This document shows positions 45,890-55,557 of a DNA stretch of 64,000 nt, one piece after another. A program made the translations under genes and the position numbers. Below the pieces are notes generated by a model that saw only the letters and a list, made by a program, of their open reading frames with translations, ran no database searches and was not told the DNA's origin. Source of the DNA: Patescibacteria group bacterium (lineage in GTDB: Bacteria > Patescibacteriota > Patescibacteriia > UBA10025 > JAHIVO01); assembly GCA_041660605.1 (NCBI GenBank), contig JBAZWB010000001.1, positions 265,295 to 329,294 on the forward strand, in the 5' to 3' direction. How positions within the stretch are numbered: position 1 is the first letter of the stretch; every line of letters starts with the position of its first letter.

Positions 45890-46348
45890 ATGAAGTGCCC
45901 AGCTTGTCATCACAATGATACTAAGGTTACGGATTCGCGGATGGTAAATGAAGGTATGGCCATCAGGCGCCGCCGTGAATGCCTAAAATGCGGCTTTCGC
46001 TTTTCTACTTATGAAGAAGTGGAAATTTTGAACCTCACAATTATAAAAAGGGACGGCCGGACGGAACCATACGGCAAGGATAAGCTTGAATCCGGACTGA
46101 AAAAATCGTTTGAGAAAAGGCCGATTACCCACGATGAATTCAAAAAATTGCTTAATAGGATTGAGCGGGATATTCAGCTGGAGGGCAAGAGTGAAATAAA
46201 GAGCCGACGAATCGGAGAAATCGTTATGAAGCACTTGCGGAGGGTTGATGTGGTTGCTTATATACGCTTCGCTTCAGTTTATCGGTCGTTTAAGGACGCC
46301 AAAACTTTCCAGCGTGAACTGAAAAAAATTATTAAAAAATCAAAATAA
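45890..46348 (+). CDS. nrdR: transcriptional repressor NrdR
   Basis: 152-aa ORF with an N-terminal zinc ribbon (CPACHHNDTKVTDSR...CLKCGFRF) and an ATP-cone. Confidence 0.9.
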   Translation: MKCPACHHNDTKVTDSRMVNEGMAIRRRRECLKCGFRFSTYEEVEILNLTIIKRDGRTEPYGKDKLESGLKKSFEKRPITHDEFKKLLNRIERDIQLEGKSEIKSRRIGEIVMKHLRRVDVVAYIRFASVYRSFKDAKTFQRELKKIIKKSK

Positions 46349-46370
46349 TAATTAAGTTGAAATATTCTAT

Positions 46371-48701
46371 ATGCTAAAATCAAAAGAAATCAGAAAAATA
46401 AAAAAGCGCGACGGCCGGGTGGTGCCATTTGACCAGGAGAGAATTACCAATGCCATTTACAAGGCCGCTCAGGCAGTCGGACAGCCGGACCAGGAAACAG
46501 CCAAAAAATTATCAAAGAAAGTCGTAGAGATGCTGAGAAAGAATTTTGACGAGACTAAGCATCCGACTGTTGAGCAGATACAGGATATCGTGGAAGAAAC
46601 GCTGGTTAAGGAAAGAAAAACGAAAATTGCCAAAGCATATATTTTATACCGCAAAGAACACCAAAAATTGCGCGAGACCAAAGGATCCCTGGTGGGCGTG
46701 AATGAACTAGATACAAATTTATCTGTAAATGCGCTGAGAGTTTTAAGCAAGCGTTATTTCAGAAAAGACGTAAACGGCAAGGTACTGGAAACTCCCAGCC
46801 AGTTATTCAGCCGGGTAGCCCAAAATATTGCCAAGGCTGATTTAAAATATGATTCTTTATTATCCCATCCCGTAGACCTGGAAAAAACCGAGGAGGCTTT
46901 TTGCAATTTGCTGGCTAATCTTGACTTTGTCCCCAATTCGCCGACCCTGATGAATGCCGGCAAAGAGCTGCAGCAGCTGGCGGCCTGCTTCGTCATTCCC
47001 GTCGGCGATTCCATGGAGGAAATATTTGATGCGGTCAAATGGACAGCTATGGTCCATAAGACAGGCGGCGGTACGGGCTTTTCTTTCTCTCGTTTGCGCC
47101 CGAAAAATGACCGCGTGATGTCCACCAAAGGCGTGGCTTCCGGGCCGGTATCGTTTATGACTGTTTTTGATGCCGCCACGGAGACTATCAAGCAGGGCGG
47201 CACCAGGCGCGGTGCCAATATGGGCATTTTGCGCGTTGATCATCCGGATGTTCTGGAGTTTATTACCGCCAAGGAAAATAATGATAAATTGAATAATTTT
47301 AACATTTCCGTGGCCGTAACGGAGGATTTCATGCGGGCGGTGGAAAATGGCGAGGATTACGATCTGATCAATCCAAAAGATAAGAAGCCTATTGACCGTC
47401 TGAACGCACGGAAAGTATTTGATTTGATATTGACCCTGGCCTGGAAGAACGGGGATCCCGGAATAGTTTTCATTGACCGGATCAACAAGGACAATCCCAC
47501 TCCGAAGGTTGGCGAGATTGAATCGACCAATCCCTGCGGTGAACAGCCGCTGCTGCCTTTTGAGGCGTGCAATCTGGGCTCTATAAATTTAGCGCACATG
47601 GTCAAGGGGGATTTTTCATTGGGAGAAAAAGCAGAGGTTGACTGGGAAAGATTGCGGAAGACCATCCGCACTTCCATCCATTTCCTTGATAACGTCATTG
47701 ATATGAGCGCTTACCCCCTGCCTCAGATAGAGAAAATGGTGCACAATAACCGCAAAATAGGCTTGGGCGTCATGGGTTGGGCCGACCTTTTAATTATGCT
47801 CTGTATCCCTTATGACTCCGAGGAAGCGGTTGAGCTGGCTGAAAAGCTGATGAAATTCATTGCCGACGAATCCAGAAAGATGTCCCAGGATCTGGCTCTC
47901 GACCGCGGGCAGTTCCCGAATTTTGAAGGCAGTATTTTTGACCAGCCGAACGCCCCGAAAATGAGGAACGCCACCACCAATACCATCGCTCCGACCGGCA
48001 CTATCAGTATCATTGCCGGCTGCTCCTCGGGCATTGAGCCGATCTTCGCCATCTCCTATATCCGGAATGTCATGGATGATAATGAATTAATTGAAGTCAA
48101 TCCATTGTTTGAAACTATCGCCCGGCATGAAGGTTTTTACAGCGAAGAACTGATGAAGAAAATCGCGGAATCAGGCGGTGTCCAGGGACTGGACGAGGTG
48201 CCAGCCAAATGGCAGAGAGTTTTCGTGGTGTCACATGATATCACGCCAGAGTGGCATTTGCGCATGCAGTCCGTATTTCAGAAGCACACCGATAACGCCG
48301 TTTCCAAGACCGTTAATTTTCCGACAGAAGCCACGCCTTCGGACATTGAAAAAGTTTATATGCTTGCTTATCGCCTGGGCTGCAAAGGCGTGACTATTTA
48401 TCGCGACAAATCCAGGGAAACGCAGGTGCTGAATATCGCCAAGGTTAACCATAAGGTCGGGAAAAAGACATTCAGCTACAATTATGATGACATGCAGAGC
48501 AATAAGCAGTCTGTCCCAGATGCAGAAATTGACGAGCACGCAGCCGGCAGCCCTGAGCCAAGAGAGAAGGTAAAAGTAACGGTGGCCCAGTCAAAGAGCC
48601 ATGTGATAGAAGAATGCCCTGACTGCAAAACTAGGATGGAGATAAAAGAGGGCTGTTCTGTCTGCCCGCACTGCGGTTTCTCGGCCTGCAGCCTCGGTTG
48701 A
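46371..48701 (+). CDS. nrdJ: adenosylcobalamin-dependent ribonucleotide reductase (class II)
   Basis: 776-aa ORF with an N-terminal ATP-cone and the class II active-site region TNPCGEQPL...ACNLGSINL. It has a C-terminal zinc-finger tail (CPDCKTRMEIKEGCSVCPHCG). Confidence 0.9.
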   Translation: MLKSKEIRKIKKRDGRVVPFDQERITNAIYKAAQAVGQPDQETAKKLSKKVVEMLRKNFDETKHPTVEQIQDIVEETLVKERKTKIAKAYILYRKEHQKLRETKGSLVGVNELDTNLSVNALRVLSKRYFRKDVNGKVLETPSQLFSRVAQNIAKADLKYDSLLSHPVDLEKTEEAFCNLLANLDFVPNSPTLMNAGKELQQLAACFVIPVGDSMEEIFDAVKWTAMVHKTGGGTGFSFSRLRPKNDRVMSTKGVASGPVSFMTVFDAATETIKQGGTRRGANMGILRVDHPDVLEFITAKENNDKLNNFNISVAVTEDFMRAVENGEDYDLINPKDKKPIDRLNARKVFDLILTLAWKNGDPGIVFIDRINKDNPTPKVGEIESTNPCGEQPLLPFEACNLGSINLAHMVKGDFSLGEKAEVDWERLRKTIRTSIHFLDNVIDMSAYPLPQIEKMVHNNRKIGLGVMGWADLLIMLCIPYDSEEAVELAEKLMKFIADESRKMSQDLALDRGQFPNFEGSIFDQPNAPKMRNATTNTIAPTGTISIIAGCSSGIEPIFAISYIRNVMDDNELIEVNPLFETIARHEGFYSEELMKKIAESGGVQGLDEVPAKWQRVFVVSHDITPEWHLRMQSVFQKHTDNAVSKTVNFPTEATPSDIEKVYMLAYRLGCKGVTIYRDKSRETQVLNIAKVNHKVGKKTFSYNYDDMQSNKQSVPDAEIDEHAAGSPEPREKVKVTVAQSKSHVIEECPDCKTRMEIKEGCSVCPHCGFSACSLG

Positions 48702-48746
48702 TCAGGGAAGCAGCCAGCGGTTTTTTTCTAGACCCACGATAATATT

Positions 48747-49292
48747 ATGAAATATAGAAAAGTTGATAAAGGACTGGTGCATATCTACACTGGCGCAGGC
48801 AAGGGCAAAACCACGGCGGCGCTGGGCCTGGCTTTAAGGGCGATCAGTTACAAAAAAAATGTTTTAATGGTTCAGTTCATCAAAGGGCCCTGGCGCTCGG
48901 GTGAGCTAAACATTATTAGTAAACTAAGGCCATATTTAAAAATTAAAGCGTTAGGACAGGGCTTTATCGGGATACAAGGCGACAGGAAGCCTTTTTCAGC
49001 CCACAAAAAAGCGGCGGAGCAGGCTCTGGAGTACGCGCAAGCGCAGATAAAATCCGGCAGATACGATTTGGTGATATTGGATGAAATAAACGTGGCCTTG
49101 AAAGAAAGGGCCGTTACTCTGGCACAAGTCAGAAAAATCATCCGGACAAAACCAGCTGCCGTTGAACTAGTCCTGACAGGCCGCTATGCTTCCCGGGAAA
49201 TAATCAAGCTGGCTGATTACGTTTCGGAGATAAAAATGATTAAGCACCCTTTTGAAAAGGGAATACTGGCCAGGCCGGCGATAGATTATTAG
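48747..49292 (+). CDS. cobO: cob(I)alamin/cob(I)yrinic acid a,c-diamide adenosyltransferase (CobA/CobO/BtuR family)
   Basis: 181-aa ORF with the P-loop HIYTGAGKGKTTAALGLALRA, diagnostic of BtuR/CobO-type ATP:corrinoid adenosyltransferases. Confidence 0.85.
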   Translation: MKYRKVDKGLVHIYTGAGKGKTTAALGLALRAISYKKNVLMVQFIKGPWRSGELNIISKLRPYLKIKALGQGFIGIQGDRKPFSAHKKAAEQALEYAQAQIKSGRYDLVILDEINVALKERAVTLAQVRKIIRTKPAAVELVLTGRYASREIIKLADYVSEIKMIKHPFEKGILARPAIDY

Positions 49293-49361
49293 CCATCCCA
49301 GACAAGCTTAAACATAATATTTTTTAAATAGAGAGGGATAATATTAATTAAACAAAAGAAT

Positions 49362-49841
49362 ATGAAAAAGACCGTCAATCTTCATTTTATTGCCCTTTCG
49401 GTGGTTGCGTTGGTGGTGGCTATCACAGCTATTTCCGCGGTGGGTTATAACACCGAAGCGGATATTGAACAGCTTGCCAGCCGGCCGATGGTAACGATAG
49501 AACCGGCTCAGGGAGTAGTCGCCGGCTTAGCCACGGAAAATGCGCACCTGGTTATTGACCGGGGCACTGGCAATTCGCTGAGCATGTACGTCCAGGTCAA
49601 CGACGAGACAACCGTATTTCAGGCGTTGCAAGAGGCTGCCAACGATTACGGCCTGGAATTAAAAACTTCAACCAGCGATTATGGCGTATTGGTGCAGGGC
49701 ATCGGAGAGATGATTGGCGGGCAGGACGATAAATACTGGATTTATTATGTAAATGGCGAAATGGCTTTGAATTCCGTAGATAAGCAGATGGTTAATCCCG
49801 GCGATAAAATTGAGTTTCGCTTTGAGGCCAATCCTTTCTAA
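49362..49841 (+). CDS. secreted DUF4430-like protein (putative cobalamin-binding)
   Basis: 159-aa ORF with a signal peptide or anchor. The C-terminal motif is GEMIGGQDDKYWIYYVNGEMALNSVDKQMVNPGDKIEFRF. The family assignment is from memory. Confidence 0.6.
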   Translation: MKKTVNLHFIALSVVALVVAITAISAVGYNTEADIEQLASRPMVTIEPAQGVVAGLATENAHLVIDRGTGNSLSMYVQVNDETTVFQALQEAANDYGLELKTSTSDYGVLVQGIGEMIGGQDDKYWIYYVNGEMALNSVDKQMVNPGDKIEFRFEANPF

Positions 49842-49859
49842 TTTATAGTATTATTAAAA

Positions 49860-50405
49860 ATGAAAAAAAACATAGTTATCCAGTCAGTTATTTTAGTGAT
49901 AATCATTGCCGCCAGTTTTATCATGAGGCTGGTGCCGCATCCCGTAAATTTTATCCCCATCGGGGCTCTGGCGCTTTTTAGCGGATCTTATATCAAGTCC
50001 AAATGGGGCGTAATTTTGCCAGTGGCAGTGATGGTGGCTAGTGATTTAATAATCGGAGTGCATAGTCTGGTTCTGTTCACCTGGGGCAGTTTTTTACTGA
50101 TAGGAATGATCGGCTGGTGGATCAGAAAAAACAGGAATATCTGGCGCGTGGCTGGCGGAACTTTAGCCGGGTCGGTATTATTTTTTCTAGTGACCAATTT
50201 CGCGGTTTGGGGATTCACGCCTTTATACCAAAAATCCGTTGCCGGTCTGGTGAATTGTTTTTATATGGCGCTGCCGTTTTTCCGCAACACCGCCTTGGGT
50301 GATTTATTCTATGTTGGCGTCTTTTTCGGATTATATGAAGCAGTTATGCATTTTGCCGTAAAGAGACAGCCGGATCGTCAAAAAGCTTTTAGCAAAGAGA
50401 TTTAA
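49860..50405 (+). CDS. small polytopic membrane protein, possible ECF-transporter substrate-specific component (CbrT-like)
   Basis: 181-aa ORF with 5-6 TM helices. It sits in the B12 adenosyltransferase/DUF4430 cluster, and the function is inferred from that context only. Confidence 0.4.
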   Translation: MKKNIVIQSVILVIIIAASFIMRLVPHPVNFIPIGALALFSGSYIKSKWGVILPVAVMVASDLIIGVHSLVLFTWGSFLLIGMIGWWIRKNRNIWRVAGGTLAGSVLFFLVTNFAVWGFTPLYQKSVAGLVNCFYMALPFFRNTALGDLFYVGVFFGLYEAVMHFAVKRQPDRQKAFSKEI

Positions 50406-50506
50406 AATATTGTTAAAAAATCAGGAAAGCTTATTCCTGATTTTTCATTTGGCGCAAATCGGGATATTTACTGATTCATTGATTTTATCTATAATAATAT
50501 AAGGCT

Positions 50507-51427
50507 ATGCCTCAATACCAACAATACCAAAGATACAAAATGCAACCGGAAAACAAGGGTTTTCGCCTCGGACGGCTCTTGGTGATTATTGCCATTTTGG
50601 CGGTTTTATATCTGATCGGCCGGGCGATATTCGGCAGCCCGGCGGAGATTGAATCAAACATACCGGACATAACCAATGAAAACGTAAACACCGAAGCGGC
50701 TGCCAATACTAATGACAATGGGAATTCAAATGTGAATACCGCGGTAAATTCTAACTCAAATGCTAATACTAATAGTAACAGCAATATTAATGCCGCCATC
50801 ACCAGTGATTTTAATTTGGAAAATTGCAAAAATAACATAGCCCACGGGAGTACAGCGGAAAAAAGAATCAGCCTGACTTTCAACGTTGGCACGGTTAAAG
50901 AGGGAGAGATCCAGAAAGTGCTGGACGCTCTGAAAAGTACCAGTACGCCGGCTGATTTTTTTGCCAGAGGCGACGTAGCCGAAGCAAATCCTGATTTAAT
51001 AAATAAAATCGCCAGCGCCGGATTTCCGATATACAATCTGAGCTATGACCATCCGAGATTTACCGAATTGACTAGCGAGGAGATGGCCGACGAGTTGGAA
51101 AAAGCGGATGCCGCCATCTCGCAAAGGACAGAAAAAAGCACCAAGCCATTCTTCCGGCCGCCTTATGGCGCGGTTGATGATGACGTCCTGGCTGCCGTTA
51201 AGGAAGACGGCTACTGCCCGGTGACCTGGACAGTGGACGCGCTTGACTGGTCGGCAGATTATACCGCCGCGCAGTCGAAGGAAAGGGTGCTGACGAATAT
51301 CAGCAATGGCTCAATCGTCTTGATGCAGGCCAGTAATTCGGTGACTTCCGAGATAGTACCGGAATTAATTACCAATCTTAAATCTCAGGGTTACGAAATT
51401 GTTGATCTGAATAAACTGCTGGAATAA
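50507..51427 (+). CDS. polysaccharide deacetylase family protein (NodB homology), membrane-anchored
   Basis: 306-aa ORF with an N-terminal TM helix and an Asn-rich linker. The NodB domain motifs are TFNVGT, HPRFTELTSEE, FRPPYG and WTVDALDW. Confidence 0.85.
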   Translation: MPQYQQYQRYKMQPENKGFRLGRLLVIIAILAVLYLIGRAIFGSPAEIESNIPDITNENVNTEAAANTNDNGNSNVNTAVNSNSNANTNSNSNINAAITSDFNLENCKNNIAHGSTAEKRISLTFNVGTVKEGEIQKVLDALKSTSTPADFFARGDVAEANPDLINKIASAGFPIYNLSYDHPRFTELTSEEMADELEKADAAISQRTEKSTKPFFRPPYGAVDDDVLAAVKEDGYCPVTWTVDALDWSADYTAAQSKERVLTNISNGSIVLMQASNSVTSEIVPELITNLKSQGYEIVDLNKLLE

Positions 51428-51647
51428 TGCTGTCGAATGAAATATGATTTAATGGATTCACATACAATAGGGGTTGTTTGTGAATTTTTTCCTTGAAATT
51501 TTGCGTATAATCACAGCAGTAATACTAAAGTAGTTTTGGTTCTTTTGTATTTTGGCCTGAAATTACAGAAAAATCAGCTTCCTGCTTGACAGATTTTAAT
51601 TTCCCAATAATAATTATTAACACAAATTAAATTTAATTATAAATAAT

Positions 51648-52946
51648 ATGGAAGAAGCAACAATCAAAAAATCCTCAAATAAAAAAGAAGAATCCAAAAA
51701 GGTGATAACTCCAGAAATGCTCAAAAGAATGGTGATCAGTACGTTACTAATCAGTTTTTTAGTCGGTGGCGCTTCCGGGGTACTTTTCGGCAGCTGGGCA
51801 ACCATTGATACTTCAGCTTCCTCCTGGATACAAAAAAATATTTTCAAGCAGTCAAGCGCCCAGACGGTCAGCAACTTCACAAGCGGGACCACGGTTAACG
51901 GCGGTACAGTTACAGTTCAGGAAGATTCAGCCACTATTGAGGTGGTAAAAAAGGTAGATCCGGCTGTCGTCAGTATTGTGATTTATCAGGATGCCAGCCA
52001 GAATCCCAATAACATAAACCTCGGACCTTTCGGCGGAATATTTAATATACCTGATCAACTGCAGACGCCCCAGGGGAAACAGGAAGTCGGGGCTGGGACA
52101 GGATTCATTGTTTCAAGTAACGGTATTATTTTGACCAATAAGCATGTTGTGGATACCAAAAGCGCCACCTATACAGTTGTATTAAATGATGGCACTCAAT
52201 ATGAGGCGCAAGTGCTGGCTGCCGATCCTTTCAATGATATTGCTTTGATAAAGATTGACGCAAATAACTTACCTTCAGTGGAAATTGGCAATTCAGATGC
52301 GCTGCAGCTGGGACAAACCGTCGTTGCCATCGGCAATGCCCTGGGTCAGTATAATAATACCGTTACCCGCGGATTAATTTCCGGCCTAGGGAGAACCGTA
52401 ACTGCCGGCGACAATACCGGACAGTCGGAAACACTGCAAAATATTATTCAAACCGATGCGGCCATAAATCTCGGTAATTCCGGCGGCCCGCTGCTGAATT
52501 TAAGCGGCCAGGTGATTGGCATCAACACCGCCATCAGTCAGCAGGGCCAGCTGGTAGGTTTTGCCATCCCCATAAACCAGGCGATTAAAGATATACAAAG
52601 CGTGGAAACGACCGGAAAAATTATCAGCCCTTATTTAGGCGTCAGATATGTACTGATAAATGCGGATATCGCCAAGCAAAATAATTTATCGGTGGATTAC
52701 GGAGCCTTGATTGTAAAGGGCGCTAATCCTTCTGATTTGGCAATTGTCCCCGGCAGTCCCGCTGACAAGGCTGGTCTGACGGAAAATGACATTATCCTTG
52801 AAATCAATGGCCAGAAAATAGATCAAAACCATAGCCTGGTTTCGGAACTGCAAAAGCAGAACCCCGGCGATTCAGTGACCCTGAAAGTGTTGCAAAAAGG
52901 CCAGGAAAAAACAATAAATGTAAAATTGGAACAGGCACCCCAATAA
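51648..52946 (+). CDS. HtrA/DegP family serine protease with PDZ domain
   Basis: 432-aa ORF with the catalytic triad context (TNKHVV, D, GNSGGPL) and a C-terminal PDZ domain. Confidence 0.85.
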   Translation: MEEATIKKSSNKKEESKKVITPEMLKRMVISTLLISFLVGGASGVLFGSWATIDTSASSWIQKNIFKQSSAQTVSNFTSGTTVNGGTVTVQEDSATIEVVKKVDPAVVSIVIYQDASQNPNNINLGPFGGIFNIPDQLQTPQGKQEVGAGTGFIVSSNGIILTNKHVVDTKSATYTVVLNDGTQYEAQVLAADPFNDIALIKIDANNLPSVEIGNSDALQLGQTVVAIGNALGQYNNTVTRGLISGLGRTVTAGDNTGQSETLQNIIQTDAAINLGNSGGPLLNLSGQVIGINTAISQQGQLVGFAIPINQAIKDIQSVETTGKIISPYLGVRYVLINADIAKQNNLSVDYGALIVKGANPSDLAIVPGSPADKAGLTENDIILEINGQKIDQNHSLVSELQKQNPGDSVTLKVLQKGQEKTINVKLEQAPQ

Positions 52947-53004
52947 TTTTCAAGCCAATGTTAGTAAAAAAATTTCCGGGTTTAAACGGAAATTTTTTGT
53001 TCAG

Positions 53005-54345
53005 CTATAAATATTTTTTTATTTCCACTGGCGTTACTTCCAGTCTGGCCTGCTCTACCTCTTTCCGCTTGGCCTTGATAAAATTATCCACAATTTCTTG
53101 TCCCAATGCCTGTTTAATCACTTCATCATTTTGCAGTTCGGTGATTGCTTGTTCAAGGCTAGAAGGCAGGGTATCAATATTTTTATTTTTTAATTCAAGC
53201 GAAGTCAGGTTAAAAACGTTTTCTTCAATTGGTTTGGAAATTGGCAGCTTCTTTTTCATGCCATCAAGTCCGGCCGCCAGCATGACGGTAAAAGCCAGAT
53301 AAGGATTGCAATACGGATCAGGGCAGCGTAATTCTGCTCTGGCAGAGATTTCTTTTCTCTCGGGACTGGCTGACGGAATGCGGATGAGAGCGGAGCGGTT
53401 TATGCGTCCCCAGCAAATGTAACAGGGCGCTTCATATCCGGGCACTAATCGTTTATAAGAATTAACAGTTGAAGCAAGGATAGCACACATGCCTTTGGCA
53501 TGTTTCATTTGTCCGGCGATAAAATGGTAGGCAGTTTTTGAGAGATTATATTTATCCCGGGCATCAAAAAAAGCATTTTTGTTATTATTGAAAAGACTTT
53601 GGTGGACATGCATGCCAGAGCCATTGACACCCTGGATCGGTTTGGGCATGAATGTCGCCATCAGCGGTGTATTGGAGCCGGCGTGAGCTTTAATGGAGTT
53701 TTTCAGGATGGTAATATTCTCGGCGCTTTTCAAAGCCTTGTCATATCTAATACCGATTTCATTTTGGCCCGGAGCGACTTCATGATGATAGACTTCGCCC
53801 TTTATGCCAAAACTGGATAAATCCAAAATAACCTGTTCGCAAATCTCCGTAGCCCGGGATACAGTGGTGTAGTCAAAATATCCTTTGGCATCATGGGGGA
53901 TTAATAACGGCAGTTTGTCTCTTTCAAATAGAAAGAATTCCACTTCCGGCCCGACTTTATATGTAAAGCCCAGTTTTTCGGCCTGGGAGAGAATTTTTTT
54001 CAGGACAAAACGCGGGTCGCCCTGGAAGGGCCGCCCGTTTGGCAGGTAAACGTCGCAGATTAAATGTGCGGCTTTTTTCTCCTTATCAGACCAGGGCAGT
54101 ACGCTGAATGTACCTAAATCCGGCTTCAGCACCATATCGCTTTCAAAAATACGCCCGAAACCTTCGATTGAAGATCCGTCAAACCAGATGCCCGATTGAG
54201 CAATTGATGAAAAGTTTTCAGCGTTTACACTGATACTTTTTAAAGCTCCAGTGACATCCGTGAATTGCAGATAAATAAACTTTATTTTAAATTTTTTTAT
54301 CTCCTTCTCAATGGCAGAGACGCTTTTGTGTTCCAAACCTTTCAT
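53005..54345 (-). CDS. glnA: glutamine synthetase (type I-like)
   Basis: 446-aa ORF with a GS beta-grasp N-domain and a catalytic C-domain (NGSGMHVHQSLF, YICWGRINRSALIRIP). Confidence 0.85.
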   Translation of the reverse strand: MKGLEHKSVSAIEKEIKKFKIKFIYLQFTDVTGALKSISVNAENFSSIAQSGIWFDGSSIEGFGRIFESDMVLKPDLGTFSVLPWSDKEKKAAHLICDVYLPNGRPFQGDPRFVLKKILSQAEKLGFTYKVGPEVEFFLFERDKLPLLIPHDAKGYFDYTTVSRATEICEQVILDLSSFGIKGEVYHHEVAPGQNEIGIRYDKALKSAENITILKNSIKAHAGSNTPLMATFMPKPIQGVNGSGMHVHQSLFNNNKNAFFDARDKYNLSKTAYHFIAGQMKHAKGMCAILASTVNSYKRLVPGYEAPCYICWGRINRSALIRIPSASPERKEISARAELRCPDPYCNPYLAFTVMLAAGLDGMKKKLPISKPIEENVFNLTSLELKNKNIDTLPSSLEQAITELQNDEVIKQALGQEIVDNFIKAKRKEVEQARLEVTPVEIKKYL

Positions 54346-54457
54346 TTTTTTACTTGATATTATATGAAATCAGTATAAGCTGACATTTGCCAGCTGTCAA
54401 ATTTGCCAAGCAACTGTATTATGGAGTATGATATATCAAGAAGTAATTTAATTTTAT

Positions 54458-55556
54458 ATGAGAGAATTAATCGAGAAAATAAAGGCATTACAAGCCAAAA
54501 TTTCCCGCACCTGGGGGTTACTTTGACCTTGATAAAGTCAAAGACGAGATAAAATCATTGGAATTTGAAATGGCGGAACCTGATTTTTGGTCCCAGCCGG
54601 AGCAGGCGAAATTAAAAAGCCAGCACTTTGACGAATTGAAAGAAGAAGTCTTGCGATGGGAAAAAATTTCCAGGGAAGTTGGCGATTTGCTGACCTTCGC
54701 GCAGGAAATACATTCCGTAAAGGACGATTCGCTGAAGGGGGAGCTGGAGATTAAATTTAATGAGATAAATAAGCGCTTTGACAGCCTGGAGTTTTATATT
54801 TTATTATCCGATAAATACGACAAAAATAATGCCATAATGGCTATTCATGCCGGCACCGGGGGAGTTGACGCGCAGGATTGGGCGGCGATGCTGCTGCGCA
54901 TGTATCTGAGGTTCGCCGAACGAAATGGCTGGGTAGTCAAAATTGTCGATAAATCGGTCGGTGCGGAAGCGGGCATCAAAAGCGTAACCTTCCATATTAC
55001 CGGGCGCTACGCTTACGGCTATCTGCAGGGCGAGGCGGGCGTCCATCGGCTGGTGCGCATTTCGCCGTTTGACGCTGAGAAGATGCGCCATACGTCATTT
55101 TCCCTGGTGGAAGTTTTGCCGGAGCTGGAGGATCTGGAACAGGTAAAAATTGACGATAAAGATCTGCGCATCGATACCTATATGTCTTCCGGCAAGGGCG
55201 GTCAGTCTGTTAATACCACTTACTCGGCGGTACGTATAGTGCATACTCCCACCGGGATTACGGTGACCTGCCAGAATGAGCGGTCGCAGCTGCAGAACAG
55301 GGAAACCGCCCTGAAAATTTTGAAAAGCAAGCTGAATAAACTGAATGAAGAGGAAAGGCAGAAAGAAAAGCAGGAATTAAGAGGCGCCTATCAGGAAGCG
55401 GCTTGGGGCAACCAGGTAAGATCGTACGTGCTCCAGCCTTATAAAATGGTTAAAGACCACCGGACCAAGTTCGAAACCGGCGACGTGGACAGGGTGCTGG
55501 ACGGCGATTTGGAAAGTTTCATGGAAAATTATTTGCGTAATAAAGTAAAAAAATAA
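54458..55556 (+). CDS. prfB: peptide chain release factor 2 with programmed +1 frameshift
   Basis: Frame 1 runs ATG 54458 to CTT 54521-54523 (MRELIEKIKALQAKISRTWGLL), then an in-frame TGA. After the +1 shift the frame continues at GAC 54525 through the track ORF to 55556. It contains the SPF and GGQ motifs. The join is 54458..54523,54525..55556. Confidence 0.9.
54512..54527 (+). promoter_or_regulatory. RF2 autoregulatory frameshift site
   Basis: tGGGGGttaCTTTGAC: an internal SD-like GGGGG 3 nt upstream of the slippery CTT and an in-frame UGA followed by C. Confidence 0.85.
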
Positions 55557-55557
55557 T

